From the sequence record PP942979.1: DNA of 64,000 bases, one strand, 5' to 3'. Positions 39,405-48,962 of the stretch are shown here, piece by piece (positions within the stretch are counted from its first letter, which is position 1; every line of letters begins with the position of its first letter). The notes under the pieces were generated by a model that ran no database searches, had not been told where the DNA came from, and worked only from the letters and a program-made list of their open reading frames with translations. The translations under genes and the position numbers were made by a program.

Positions 39405-40087
39405 TAGTCTACTTCCTCCTCGTCTTCGACAGCGTTGGCGCGAGGACCTAAGTCCATATCGATCTCAACGTTATCGGTGATTTCACCGTAGTTGTTGATC
39501 TTCGCCTGCTCCATATTAAAACCAATCTTGGTATGAATCGTAATTGGGATCTCAAGCTCGAAGCTACCTGGTGTGCTGCCGTCATCGAGGTCATCAATGT
39601 TAGGCAGAGGGATAGAGTCATCGAGTTTAACACGCACAGTCCATTTGGCGGTAGGCATCTCGATAGAGAAGCTCATGAGATCAGTCAGGCCTGCGATAAG
39701 AGCCTGCTGCACAAACAGCAAGGCATCGTCGATGTTCATGAACTTAACGAACAACGAACCAGTGAGTGTCACAGGAAAGTAGTAGTTCGTCACAACGATG
39801 GCGTTAGTATCATCTTTCCCTAATGCCCAGCCTGAGCCGTGTCGTGCAATGTTCTTGATCGGAACAGACTCGTCACGGTTGAATGCCATTGTAGGCAACT
39901 TGAACCATCCATACGGATAGTCAGTGCTTTGATTGTTCGTTGCACGAATACCCTGTTTCGGGTTGTTATGCACAGACCAAACAAAACGCTTTAAGTTGAA
40001 CCCTTGGCGGAACTGACGTTGAAAGCCAAACAAGGTAGCTTTCAGTGACGTACTGTTCTTGAGCATACCTGCAAGGTTAGCGCTCAT
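39404..40087 (-). CDS. Putative tail terminator/neck protein
   Basis: 227 aa between the capsid and sheath genes; assigned by position only. Confidence 0.55.
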   Translation of the reverse strand: MSANLAGMLKNSTSLKATLFGFQRQFRQGFNLKRFVWSVHNNPKQGIRATNNQSTDYPYGWFKLPTMAFNRDESVPIKNIARHGSGWALGKDDTNAIVVTNYYFPVTLTGSLFVKFMNIDDALLFVQQALIAGLTDLMSFSIEMPTAKWTVRVKLDDSIPLPNIDDLDDGSTPGSFELEIPITIHTKIGFNMEQAKINNYGEITDNVEIDMDLGPRANAVEDEEEVD

Positions 40088-40105
40088 TTTCTTGCTCCAG
40101 ATACG

Positions 40106-40133
40106 AAAAAAGGGCGGCCGAAGCCACCCTTTT
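40106..40133 (-). terminator. Rho-independent terminator with UUCG loop
   Basis: AAAAGGGUGGC-UUCG-GCCGCCCUUUUUU. Confidence 0.85.
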
Positions 40134-40152
40134 GGTTACCCTTAATCGGGTG

Positions 40153-40566
40153 TTAGTCGAGTCGTAAACGAATCAATGAGGAAGGGGCGGATGAATCGGA
40201 TTCGATTGCATCATCTGCATCGTCCTCTTCTTCATCACTAAGCTCGTCTTCCAATTCGTCTTCTTCGTCGCTATCAGAGTTAAGGCTGATAACTTCGTCG
40301 TCGCACAACGACACGGCTGTTTCTTCCTCGGCATTAAGCTCTAAAGCAGCGGATAACGCAGCGACGGATTCGTTCAGTCCAGACGCGTTGCTCACAGAGT
40401 TTACCAAGCAAGAAGCCTGGAAGTTATCCGCGAGTTCGCATTCGAGAAAGTCCTCAGCGTCCGGCGCATACGCAGCTTGCGAGAGCAAACGCGCAACGTC
40501 AGTCCACTGTCCTTCACGCGCCGCGACGATTGCCAGTGCAGCTAAGGAACCAGATAAAGTCTTCAT
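40153..40566 (-). CDS. Small acidic head-associated protein
   Basis: 137 aa with an acidic C-terminus and several S-x-S motifs; directly after the capsid gene. Confidence 0.7.
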   Translation of the reverse strand: MKTLSGSLAALAIVAAREGQWTDVARLLSQAAYAPDAEDFLECELADNFQASCLVNSVSNASGLNESVAALSAALELNAEEETAVSLCDDEVISLNSDSDEEDELEDELSDEEEDDADDAIESDSSAPSSLIRLRLD

Positions 40567-40583
40567 GCTTGGTCCTCAGTAGT

Positions 40584-40605
40584 GAGGGCAGCCGAAGCCA
40601 CCCTC
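40584..40605 (-). other. UUCG stem-loop 3' of the major capsid gene, without a U-tract
   Basis: GAGGGUGGC-UUCG-GCUGCCCUC, 13 nt after the stop; probably an mRNA-stabilising or processing hairpin. Confidence 0.7.
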
Positions 40606-40617
40606 GGCAATCAATCG

Positions 40618-41718
40618 TTAACCACGAACAGCTTTAGCTACAGAGCGCACGTTCGCCAGAGTGAAGGAGAAGGTGCTAGACAGCAGCCAGCCGCGGTCGG
40701 TGTTACCCTGGTTCGCGCCGGAAGTCGGGGTAGACTGGGTGCCGCCACGAGTGGTGTACACTGCGTGGTAGTCCTGGTCAGCCAGAACGTACAGTTCGCC
40801 GTCGTGCAGTACGCGGTGTTCCGGAGCGCGGAAGCCATCAGTTACCAGTTCCATACCCAGCAGGGTACCCAGGCGACCAGTGGTGATCAGGTCGTATTTG
40901 CTTACCGGGTCCAGAGCAGAGGAGAACTGATCGTTACCAACGATATCGTTCCAGTAGTCCTGCGCCATCACAGCGGTGCTAACAGGCAGCGGCCATGAAG
41001 ACACAGAATTTTTCAGAGTAGACAGCAGACGCGGAGTCAGGTCGCCGTGTACCCAGGTGATCGGGTTAGCAACACCGACTGCCTGGTCACAAGCGCGTTT
41101 CCACAGACGGTCTTCTGCAACCATGATAGAAGACAGGCCGTCCTGTTGAGCGCGGTCCAGCAGATCGCCGTTGATTTGGTCCAGGTCCATTTTGCTAACA
41201 CGAATGTTAGATTTCAGTTCGAACTCAGCAGGCGTGTAAACACGGCCGCGGAATTGACGGTAACCGAAGTCAGTAGGACCGGTCGCGATTACAGCTTCTG
41301 CCTGGTGGATTTTCAGTTCGATACGAGCAATGTCGCCCTGACGAACGGTAGCGCCTTTACAAACTTTGCGCAGCAGGCCCGCACGTTCAGCACGGTCTTC
41401 GATAGATGCAACGATAGAAGCACCCAGAGAAGCCCACTTCTCGCCGCTGCTATCAGCAACAGCTTCCTGAATCAGCTCAACTTTCTCAGCGTCGGTCAGA
41501 CCGTTCTGAGCGCCGGAGTGTGAGTGAACGATGTTGCCGTTGGCAGCTTCTTCCATCAGACGGCTGATGTTACGCAGGAGGTCTTTGTTCGAGTAGGCGT
41601 TGATTTCGCCGGTGCTCTCACTCAGAGCCAGATCGCCTTTACCACCGAAGCGCAGGTCTTCGATTGGGGCACCGTTACGCAGAGTTACTTTAGCGCCGCG
41701 CATTAAGGAATTGTTCAT
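40618..41718 (-). CDS. Major capsid protein (HK97 fold)
   Basis: 366 aa with strong codon bias; position after protease, scaffold and decoration genes; G.LG.LLGM.L.TD motif; 3' hairpin. Confidence 0.85.
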   Translation of the reverse strand: MNNSLMRGAKVTLRNGAPIEDLRFGGKGDLALSESTGEINAYSNKDLLRNISRLMEEAANGNIVHSHSGAQNGLTDAEKVELIQEAVADSSGEKWASLGASIVASIEDRAERAGLLRKVCKGATVRQGDIARIELKIHQAEAVIATGPTDFGYRQFRGRVYTPAEFELKSNIRVSKMDLDQINGDLLDRAQQDGLSSIMVAEDRLWKRACDQAVGVANPITWVHGDLTPRLLSTLKNSVSSWPLPVSTAVMAQDYWNDIVGNDQFSSALDPVSKYDLITTGRLGTLLGMELVTDGFRAPEHRVLHDGELYVLADQDYHAVYTTRGGTQSTPTSGANQGNTDRGWLLSSTFSFTLANVRSVAKAVRG

Positions 41719-41776
41719 TAGTTGCTCCTGAGAATAATCTCGTAGTTTCAGTTCAAACAGTTACGGTGCGCGACGA

Positions 41777-42484
41777 TTAGGCGCCGTAAGAGGAAGACAT
41801 TTCGATGACAAGGAAGCCGCGCTCAGAAGTAGGCGCTTCTTTGATGATGCAGCCTTTCAGCTCGGTACCAGCACCGCCGATAGTCAGCAGGCCGTCCGGA
41901 CCCAGGCTCGGGTGCATCACGTTGTCAGCAGACCAGTCAGCAGTCGGGTCAAACATAGAGGTAGCGATGTTACCCAGTTTGATATAACCGATACGACCAG
42001 CGATGTTAGAAGCCAGGCCGCCGATAGGGGCGTCAGCAGTGTAAGAACGCGCTTCGGTAACAGTCAGCTCGTAACCATACTGGATGCGAACTTTCTTACC
42101 TACGTCGTCAGCGTGGAAGTACAGGTCAGCGCCCTGCACACCAACTTTACCGGCAGCAGAGGCAGAAGCGGTAGCTTCCTGCTCGGCTTTAGCGCCGTCG
42201 ACTTTAACCAGCATAGCGCCAGCGGTCGGTACGCGAGATGCAGTGAACTTTTTGGTAGAGTCAATAACGAACTCTTCCACGCGGTTCATGTGCGAAGGAG
42301 GCATAGAGCGAGCCAGTGCGAAGCCAGCGAAGACTTCTTCGGCAGCGCCAGTAGACAGACGCAGGTAGGAGTGACCGCCTTCGCGGGCCCAAACCAGTGC
42401 AACGCCTTCTTCGTGGATTACTTCGCCCGGCAGCAGGTCAGCTTCCTGGGTCTGTACGATATCGGTAGCATTTTGAAACAGCAT
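41777..42484 (-). CDS. Head decoration / minor capsid protein
   Basis: GGAG RBS before ATG at 42484; immediately upstream of the capsid gene; strong codon bias. Confidence 0.65.
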   Translation of the reverse strand: MLFQNATDIVQTQEADLLPGEVIHEEGVALVWAREGGHSYLRLSTGAAEEVFAGFALARSMPPSHMNRVEEFVIDSTKKFTASRVPTAGAMLVKVDGAKAEQEATASASAAGKVGVQGADLYFHADDVGKKVRIQYGYELTVTEARSYTADAPIGGLASNIAGRIGYIKLGNIATSMFDPTADWSADNVMHPSLGPDGLLTIGGAGTELKGCIIKEAPTSERGFLVIEMSSSYGA

Positions 42485-42510
42485 GATGTTTCTCCAATAA
42501 GAGAGATTAA

Positions 42511-42518
42511 AAATTAAC
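42511..42518 (-). promoter_or_regulatory. Variant putative late promoter GTTAATTT
   Basis: One mismatch to GCTAATTT, ~27 nt before the ATG at 42484. Confidence 0.5.
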
Positions 42519-42535
42519 TGTCGTGCAGGCCGCAA

Positions 42536-44554
42536 TTACATGCGGCGCAGACGGGACAGCTTATCTTCGAATGAGCCAGTGGAAGCTGAACTCTGGGATT
42601 GAACAGGTACGTCGCTCTGAGTCAGCAGTTCAGCGGCGTTGACCGGAGCTTTAGGCTGCGCGGCTACAACTTGCTGTTGAACAACTGGAGCACGTTCTGC
42701 GGTAACAGTACCAGCAGCCGCGTCGATAGACTCAGAGATTTCGTTCTGCGCGACTTCGGACTTATTCATCAGGTCCATCGCTTTTGACAGCGCGGTCGTC
42801 AGGAAGTCTTTGCCGTGGGCGATGAATGCGCGTTCGACTACAGCGCGTGGTTCTTTGATGCCTGCTGCGGACAGCGAGCTAACCAGGCTTTCGACGATTG
42901 GGTTACGCACATCACCCCAGAAGTTTTTGGTAACGCCCAGCTGGGATGCAGACAGAGCAGCGACGAAACGATCAGTGTATGCTGAGGTCGCTTCTTCGAT
43001 AGTGCCCGTAACGTTCGCAGTAGCTTCGCTAATACGTGCGTCAGATTCTGCCACCAGCAGTGCATCTACCGGCATTTCGATCTGATACGGCATAAAGCCG
43101 AATGCTTCACAAGTACCGGTCACGCCAGCGCTGTTAAGCGAGTGTGATACTGCACGGATGAAATTATCAGATGCGAAAGATTTCGCAGCGTTTTCTTCGC
43201 CAACTGCACCAGACACAGAAGCGAATGTTGCGCGAGCAATCGGCTGGCCGTCATAGTACATATGTACAGTGTCGAGCTTACCAACAGCGCGGCTCAGGCT
43301 AACCAGCTGAGGGTCAAGCGTGCCGTGTTGTGCTTGCGCAGTGGACAGGCTGTTGAAGACGCGGCTGACGGATTTGCTTTCAGAATCAAAATCATCTTCG
43401 TCATCGACGTCGAGATCATCTTCTTCCAGTTCTTCCTCGTCGTCGAGGTCTTCATCATCGAGGTCTTCATCGTCCTCGTCAATGTCGTCTTCTTCGTCGA
43501 GATCGTCGTCAGAGCTGGATTCTGAATCGAAGTCCTCGTCCTCGTCTTCTTCTTCGAGTTCGTCCAGGTCTTCGTCATCTTCCAGATCTTCATCGTCAAT
43601 GTCGTCCAGATCGTCTTCATCCAGATCTTCATCGTCGAGGTCGTCTTCGTCATCAATATCATCTTCATCATCGTTAGACGATTCAGAGTCGAAGTCTTCG
43701 TCCTCGTCATCAGACGAATCATCTTCGTCCTCGAGGTCTTCTTCTTCGATAATATCAATGTCGCTATCGTCGTCGCCAGATTGGGATGCAATCGGCTCGT
43801 CGACCAGCGCGGCAGAACAATGCGCACAGAACACAGGCTCTTCATCAGAGCTTACAGTGAACGGCTGTTCGCAGTTAGCGGAGCAGCTATAGATGTGCGC
43901 TTCGACTTCGCCATTGGCCGCGTTGCTGGACAGAGCAGTGATAGCTTCTGGAGCTTCCTGCGCTTCGCAGTTCTCAACGGCCTGGCCGGTGTACGGGTCG
44001 AAGTTTACGGTAGTAGCAGCGTTGAAGCTACCAGTACCGGACAGTGCGGTAAACGCGTGTGCGTTGCTCAGAGCCAGAGCGAAGTTGCGTTGTGCATCTT
44101 CGGCAGTCTCGCCGGTAGCAACCAGACCAGCGTGTTCAATCTGTTCGTCAGCAGAAGCGGATTCGGCCAGGAACTGAGTAACACGTTCGTCGGTGATTTC
44201 GGACAGGTCAGCAGAGCACGATGGGCAGCAGCCCTGAACCAGCGCGGCAGAATCAGAGATAACGTGGCTACCACAACCATCAAGACAGATGGTGTAATGA
44301 GCTTTCACATCACCAGCAGAAGACTGCGACTGGACTTCGGCTTTCTCAACCAAATCAGGATGCTCCACCAGCAGTTCTTCACCGCCGTTCGGATTGTAGA
44401 GGTCAGCGCCACTTTGCGAAGCAAAGCCTACACCTTCAGTAGAACCATAAATCATCAGGTTCTGACCGGTTGCAGTGCGGCGAAAATTCTCTACTGCCTG
44501 ATTATGGTTTTGACCGACACACAGGATACCCGCGAGTTGGGTAATCTTTGGCAT
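42536..44554 (-). CDS. Scaffold/core-like protein with two Zn-ribbons and a long Asp/Glu tract
   Basis: CxxxC...CxxC twice; ~130-residue D/E tract with three FDSES repeats; lies between the protease and capsid genes. Confidence 0.7.
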   Translation of the reverse strand: MPKITQLAGILCVGQNHNQAVENFRRTATGQNLMIYGSTEGVGFASQSGADLYNPNGGEELLVEHPDLVEKAEVQSQSSAGDVKAHYTICLDGCGSHVISDSAALVQGCCPSCSADLSEITDERVTQFLAESASADEQIEHAGLVATGETAEDAQRNFALALSNAHAFTALSGTGSFNAATTVNFDPYTGQAVENCEAQEAPEAITALSSNAANGEVEAHIYSCSANCEQPFTVSSDEEPVFCAHCSAALVDEPIASQSGDDDSDIDIIEEEDLEDEDDSSDDEDEDFDSESSNDDEDDIDDEDDLDDEDLDEDDLDDIDDEDLEDDEDLDELEEEDEDEDFDSESSSDDDLDEEDDIDEDDEDLDDEDLDDEEELEEDDLDVDDEDDFDSESKSVSRVFNSLSTAQAQHGTLDPQLVSLSRAVGKLDTVHMYYDGQPIARATFASVSGAVGEENAAKSFASDNFIRAVSHSLNSAGVTGTCEAFGFMPYQIEMPVDALLVAESDARISEATANVTGTIEEATSAYTDRFVAALSASQLGVTKNFWGDVRNPIVESLVSSLSAAGIKEPRAVVERAFIAHGKDFLTTALSKAMDLMNKSEVAQNEISESIDAAAGTVTAERAPVVQQQVVAAQPKAPVNAAELLTQSDVPVQSQSSASTGSFEDKLSRLRRM

Positions 44555-44630
44555 GGTTAAAACCCTCATAGAATTTAGTCGTTGAATCGACAGGTTGAAA
44601 TTAAAATATGCAGAAAAAATTCAGGTATTT

Positions 44631-45755
44631 TTAAATTTTTCTGCTATCAATGTCAGTTTGAGGAATATATCTGTTTTCGAAGTATTTCGAGACAATTTCA
44701 ACACCATTTAAGGTATATACGTTGCGCAGGCTATATCCCCAAACCATCAGCTCCGCAAGCGTTGCGAAGTGCTCGGCGGGTACCGAACTAATGGTTCGCG
44801 CATTAAGCGAATCTGGATGGATTTTCTTACCCTTGATAGCCTGATCGAACTTCATGCGGTCAACGTTACGAATCATCGTATGGTCCACAAAATGGGCCAG
44901 TTCGTGAGTAATAACGTGAGCCATACTCAGACTATTATAGCCACCAAGTAGATGCACCAACTGCGCAGGATGGATTGAAATAGCGCCATACAGGAAGCCG
45001 TGTACGCGATACGTTGCGATATGGCTACCACCACTATCCGAGTTAGCTTTTAACAGGCCAACATACAGACGTTTGAATGGCAGTGCTATGTTCAGACCAA
45101 TGCCAGGCATGACGTTTTCCTGAATGTCTTTAAGAACATAATCAGGAGGACTAACGCCGTTCTTCTCAAGCGTAACGCCCGGCACACGCAGGTCATCCAT
45201 ACCCATTATTTCAAGATGCACTTTACCGCACTTCTTAACAGGCTTGGTGGCGTAGTTGTTTGGCGTACCACCAGGATAAATTGCTGAGGCATATTGCAGT
45301 GGTTTAAAATTACCAAAATCAGGCATATCGCCAACACGGCGCTGAATAGCCTTTAATGAATCAGGTGTGTCTTCCTCAGCAGAGTCCTCAACAGGTGCTT
45401 CCGGCTCAGGTTCTGGTGCAGGCTTTTTCTTAATAGAAACTGGTTTGGGTTTTGGTGCTGGTGGCGCAGGCTTCTTCTGCTTCTCCTCATAAGGAGTGAA
45501 GTCAAAGCCAGGCTTAAAGAGCGCATCAGGTTTTGCAGTGAATGGGCGACTGTTCTGAATGAGCTTGTCACCGTCTTCTCCACTGATTGCATATGCCTGA
45601 TCGTATTTAGGATGGGCTATGTAGTACAGGTCGCTGTTCACTTTGAGAAGGCCAATGACCTCGCGCGGTTCCATGTGGACTCCGTTTGAGATCATTGCCG
45701 CCTGACCGAGATAGCGATAGTACGAATAGTCAGCTATTGCTAAACCTTGTGGCAT
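44631..45755 (-). CDS. Zincin-type metallopeptidase-domain protein
   Basis: THELAH plus downstream PAEHFA; N-terminal shared beta-rich domain and Pro/Lys linker; start coupled to the protease stop (TGATG). Confidence 0.7.
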   Translation of the reverse strand: MPQGLAIADYSYYRYLGQAAMISNGVHMEPREVIGLLKVNSDLYYIAHPKYDQAYAISGEDGDKLIQNSRPFTAKPDALFKPGFDFTPYEEKQKKPAPPAPKPKPVSIKKKPAPEPEPEAPVEDSAEEDTPDSLKAIQRRVGDMPDFGNFKPLQYASAIYPGGTPNNYATKPVKKCGKVHLEIMGMDDLRVPGVTLEKNGVSPPDYVLKDIQENVMPGIGLNIALPFKRLYVGLLKANSDSGGSHIATYRVHGFLYGAISIHPAQLVHLLGGYNSLSMAHVITHELAHFVDHTMIRNVDRMKFDQAIKGKKIHPDSLNARTISSVPAEHFATLAELMVWGYSLRNVYTLNGVEIVSKYFENRYIPQTDIDSRKI

Positions 45756-46534
45756 CAGGCCATCCTTAACAGATGTTCTTTGTACGTTGCAGCACACGCG
45801 AACGCTGGGTCGTCCACGCTACTACACTCAAAGCCTGTCAGCATCTTACAGTCACGGTAGACCAAGCGGCCTGTACGCGCATCAAGATACGTTGGTTTGT
45901 TGAACGCCGTATGCGAACAGAAGTTACGATGTTTAGGCGTAACCAACTGACCACAGATACTGCACTTATACGCACGGTAGGTTGTACCTTTGCTGTACGT
46001 GTTCAGTTCACCGCTCATGATACGATCACAGCGCTCAGGGCAACGAGAACGGTCGAAGGCCAGCAGCAACGTCAGACGCGCATGATCACCACGGAAGTTC
46101 TTGAGCTTAGACAAGTTACTGTCGAAGATCATGCCCATGGCTTGGCGGTAGTCTTTGTTGTTGTGTTCGATAAACGTCGGCTTACCAATGAACGTCTGAT
46201 ATGCAAGACGGCCCTGGTCAGGGTTGAACGTTAACCACTCCTGCAGGCTAAACGCATCACCATTCGTGTTCGGCAGTTCAGTGATGTTTACCGGAACAGG
46301 CACGATGATGTAGTCGCGGATGTTGCGTGACGTGTTATACATCTCAGCAGCTTTAGGCAGCCACACGTTCACGTCAAGATTAAAAGAGCCTGTCTCGATA
46401 CCGAAACGCGACGCATCCACACGGATAGACTTAGCTGTACGGCTAACATCTTCCTTGTGCATATCAATCGCGTTCAGTCCGACGAGGCCCATGTCCGAGG
46501 TATCAAACGACTCGGAGCGAATGGACTGGTCCAT
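45755..46534 (-). CDS. Prohead (maturation) protease, HK97-like, with a Zn-finger insert
   Basis: N.NGDAF, GKP.FIEH, SGEL..YS.G, CSICG...CSH and FECSSVDDPAF motifs. Confidence 0.8.
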   Translation of the reverse strand: MDQSIRSESFDTSDMGLVGLNAIDMHKEDVSRTAKSIRVDASRFGIETGSFNLDVNVWLPKAAEMYNTSRNIRDYIIVPVPVNITELPNTNGDAFSLQEWLTFNPDQGRLAYQTFIGKPTFIEHNNKDYRQAMGMIFDSNLSKLKNFRGDHARLTLLLAFDRSRCPERCDRIMSGELNTYSKGTTYRAYKCSICGQLVTPKHRNFCSHTAFNKPTYLDARTGRLVYRDCKMLTGFECSSVDDPAFACAATYKEHLLRMA

Positions 46535-46544
46535 CGTGTACTCC

Positions 46545-46955
46545 CTATTGGAATTTGTCGATATTGCTCTGCGTATTGGTTAAACGCACCTGACCTTCAT
46601 CTGCTTGGAAGCAGTCGAGGCCATTAACGCTGTTCAGCCAGTAACGTAAGCGGCCATTAGAAATTACTGCACTTTCGACAAATGCGGGAATTTCGAAGCC
46701 TTCTTTTGTCTTCACTAATACTTCGACGCCTGGGTAAAACACATCGAAGGACTTCGTGCTGAATATCGGTTTAACGATAGCAGATTCACAAACAGGGTGC
46801 TGGGCGTAGCGGCTGCTTATCATATAGATCGCCTCTTCCTTACCGATAAGGATAGAGTTGATAGTGCCACGCAAAATACACGGCGAACAATGCTCCGAAG
46901 GAATCTCGAACGAAACAATGTCGCCTATGTTGTAGGCAAAAGAAAATTGCGGCAT
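46545..46955 (-). CDS. Hypothetical protein with two SH3/Tudor-like repeats
   Basis: F.Y.IGD.V... and F.PG.EV... repeats; GAGG RBS. Confidence 0.65.
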   Translation of the reverse strand: MPQFSFAYNIGDIVSFEIPSEHCSPCILRGTINSILIGKEEAIYMISSRYAQHPVCESAIVKPIFSTKSFDVFYPGVEVLVKTKEGFEIPAFVESAVISNGRLRYWLNSVNGLDCFQADEGQVRLTNTQSNIDKFQ

Positions 46956-46956
46956 G

Positions 46957-47838
46957 TTAACCTCGCAGCGCACCACGCGCCCACGACTTAGCGAGAGCCA
47001 GAGTCATACGCGTCGGGTTATGAAGTTTGACTTCACCTTTGTGGACGGCAGTGAACGGCTCATGAGGATTCTGACTGCGGCCAGAACGATAGGCAGCTTC
47101 ATTGAATCCATCAAACAGCGTCACCACCCAGCCAGTAGATTTGTCAGAGCATTCACCACAGGCTTTGTCCCACGCAATCTTACCGCACACACGTCCACCA
47201 GCGTTAATCGCATAGCTGACCTGCTCAGTGCCTTTATAAATGTCAGAGGCTTTGAGCGTTTTGAAGGTCACACGCGACGATGACTCAGAACGTGGCATCA
47301 TCTTTTCTTTGATTGCTTCAACATCAAGCGAACCCCAGAAAGATTCAAACAGCGCGGCAAACTTCTGCTCAATAGGAAGTTCGATTGCGTTGATTTGTGC
47401 GATAGTGCTGGAGCTGTCTTCCAGCACACGATTAAGGAAGTAGCCGCCTAAGATCACAGGCATCTGAGTGCCTTGTGAACCAGCAGTCAGGCCAGCCTTC
47501 TTACAGTAGATTTCAGACAGGCCGATAGCCAGACGCGCAAGAGTCATGAACGTCTGCTTCTCGGTCGAGTTAGCAATCTCTGTGTAGATACGCGCAGCGA
47601 TGGCAGGAACAACAGTACGTTTCGCCACGCTCAGAATATCTTCCGGCTTAATGGGCTGGCCGAGCTTTTTACGCGCGGCCAATTCGAAAGCGTTAATCAG
47701 GCTGGCTTTGTTCGCTGCCGTCAACGACTCGCCTAACTTGATAGTCGTCAGCTCCGCGCTGCCCACTATCCCCTGTTGAGGCGTTTTCTCCAGTCGGCGT
47801 ACTCCCGACGTCGATCTCACCAATCGCTTTACTGTCAT
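46957..47838 (-). CDS. Hypothetical protein
   Basis: AGGA RBS before ATG at 47838; overlaps the end of the GT gene by 146 nt. Confidence 0.7.
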   Translation of the reverse strand: MTVKRLVRSTSGVRRLEKTPQQGIVGSAELTTIKLGESLTAANKASLINAFELAARKKLGQPIKPEDILSVAKRTVVPAIAARIYTEIANSTEKQTFMTLARLAIGLSEIYCKKAGLTAGSQGTQMPVILGGYFLNRVLEDSSSTIAQINAIELPIEQKFAALFESFWGSLDVEAIKEKMMPRSESSSRVTFKTLKASDIYKGTEQVSYAINAGGRVCGKIAWDKACGECSDKSTGWVVTLFDGFNEAAYRSGRSQNPHEPFTAVHKGEVKLHNPTRMTLALAKSWARGALRG

Positions 47839-48946
47839 TTGTTTGTTCCTGAGTAGCAGGCTGCTGCATGTAAGCAAGCAAACCAGAGTTCTGAATTGCT
47901 TCACCCAAATCTTCACCACGGTGCATGGTAAGTTGGGCAAGGTAGTTGAGAGCAGGTTCAACCATACCGAGATTACGACAGCCCCAATAAGCTGTTTCGT
48001 AACATAGGTCTAAATTAATAGAGGTCTGGTCAAACAAGAAACTTTTTGGATTCTGCTTGGTCGCTTCGATGCCTTGAATGGCCATGCCCACCGCATTCAT
48101 CATATCGTTGTGGCGATAGAAAATGTCAGCGAGCATACCGTAGCACTCAACGCGATCAGGGCGGAATGCAATCGCGCGGTAACACGCAAAGATAGACTCC
48201 TGAGTGAATCCCTGTTTGAATGTCGCTTTCGCCAGTTCAATATTAGCGATAGCCACATAGTCAGCCCAGCGAGCAATGCCAGCGAGGCGATCTACTTCAC
48301 GACGAGCATCATCAAGCAGGTCAGCACGATCACCGTAGCACACGGCATAGCAGAGTTCACGCGCATAGTAGAAACTGCAACGATCATCATGTGGATAATC
48401 ACCCACGTCCAGACCAAGCTCAAGCAGATAACCGCGCGGCTTTGTGTTGTCAGGGTAGTGGTCAGTTGCGAACGTTGCCTCTACAGTACGCAGACGCTGA
48501 TCGGGTTTGCGAGACGACAGGACTTCATGCGCACGATACTTCCAGAAGTAAGAGCGACGACGATACGCTTTCATCTGCTGGTAATGACTGTCACCGTTAC
48601 GCATCAGAATCCAAACAGCTTCGGCATGTTTGATGTGTTTGGTATTGCGAAGTGTCTCAACCCAATTAGGGTCATCGAAACGTTCGTCAATGTCAAGCCA
48701 CACAACGAGGTCGTCCTCGGAGAACGGCGTAGCGGCCAGTTCACGACTCGCACCTAGATTGCGTTCCTCTGATACGTCGAACACATGATACAGGTTAGGG
48801 TGCGTGAACGCCGAGATGATGTTTGTGGTTTGGTCTTCGCTACCAGTGTCAACGATACTGATTGCATCAGCACCAGCAACGTGCTTCAACCACTCACCGA
48901 TGTTCTTTTCTTCATTACGGCAAATAGCCGCTACGCAGATTCTCAT
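47693..48946 (-). CDS. Family 2 glycosyltransferase with TPR-like C-terminus
   Basis: I..NEE.NI..WL......D...IVDTGS.D.T, WLD.DE (DxD) and HE motifs, followed by helical repeats. Confidence 0.9.
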   Translation of the reverse strand: MRICVAAICRNEEKNIGEWLKHVAGADAISIVDTGSEDQTTNIISAFTHPNLYHVFDVSEERNLGASRELAATPFSEDDLVVWLDIDERFDDPNWVETLRNTKHIKHAEAVWILMRNGDSHYQQMKAYRRRSYFWKYRAHEVLSSRKPDQRLRTVEATFATDHYPDNTKPRGYLLELGLDVGDYPHDDRCSFYYARELCYAVCYGDRADLLDDARREVDRLAGIARWADYVAIANIELAKATFKQGFTQESIFACYRAIAFRPDRVECYGMLADIFYRHNDMMNAVGMAIQGIEATKQNPKSFLFDQTSINLDLCYETAYWGCRNLGMVEPALNYLAQLTMHRGEDLGEAIQNSGLLAYMQQPATQEQTNDSKAIGEIDVGSTPTGENASTGDSGQRGADDYQVRRVVDGSEQSQPD

Positions 48947-48962
48947 ACATGCCTCATTTGGG

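Noticed and set aside
43320-43892. Poly-Ser plus-strand ORFs (also 52079..52855)
   Set aside because: Reverse-complement artefacts of the Asp/Glu-rich tracts.
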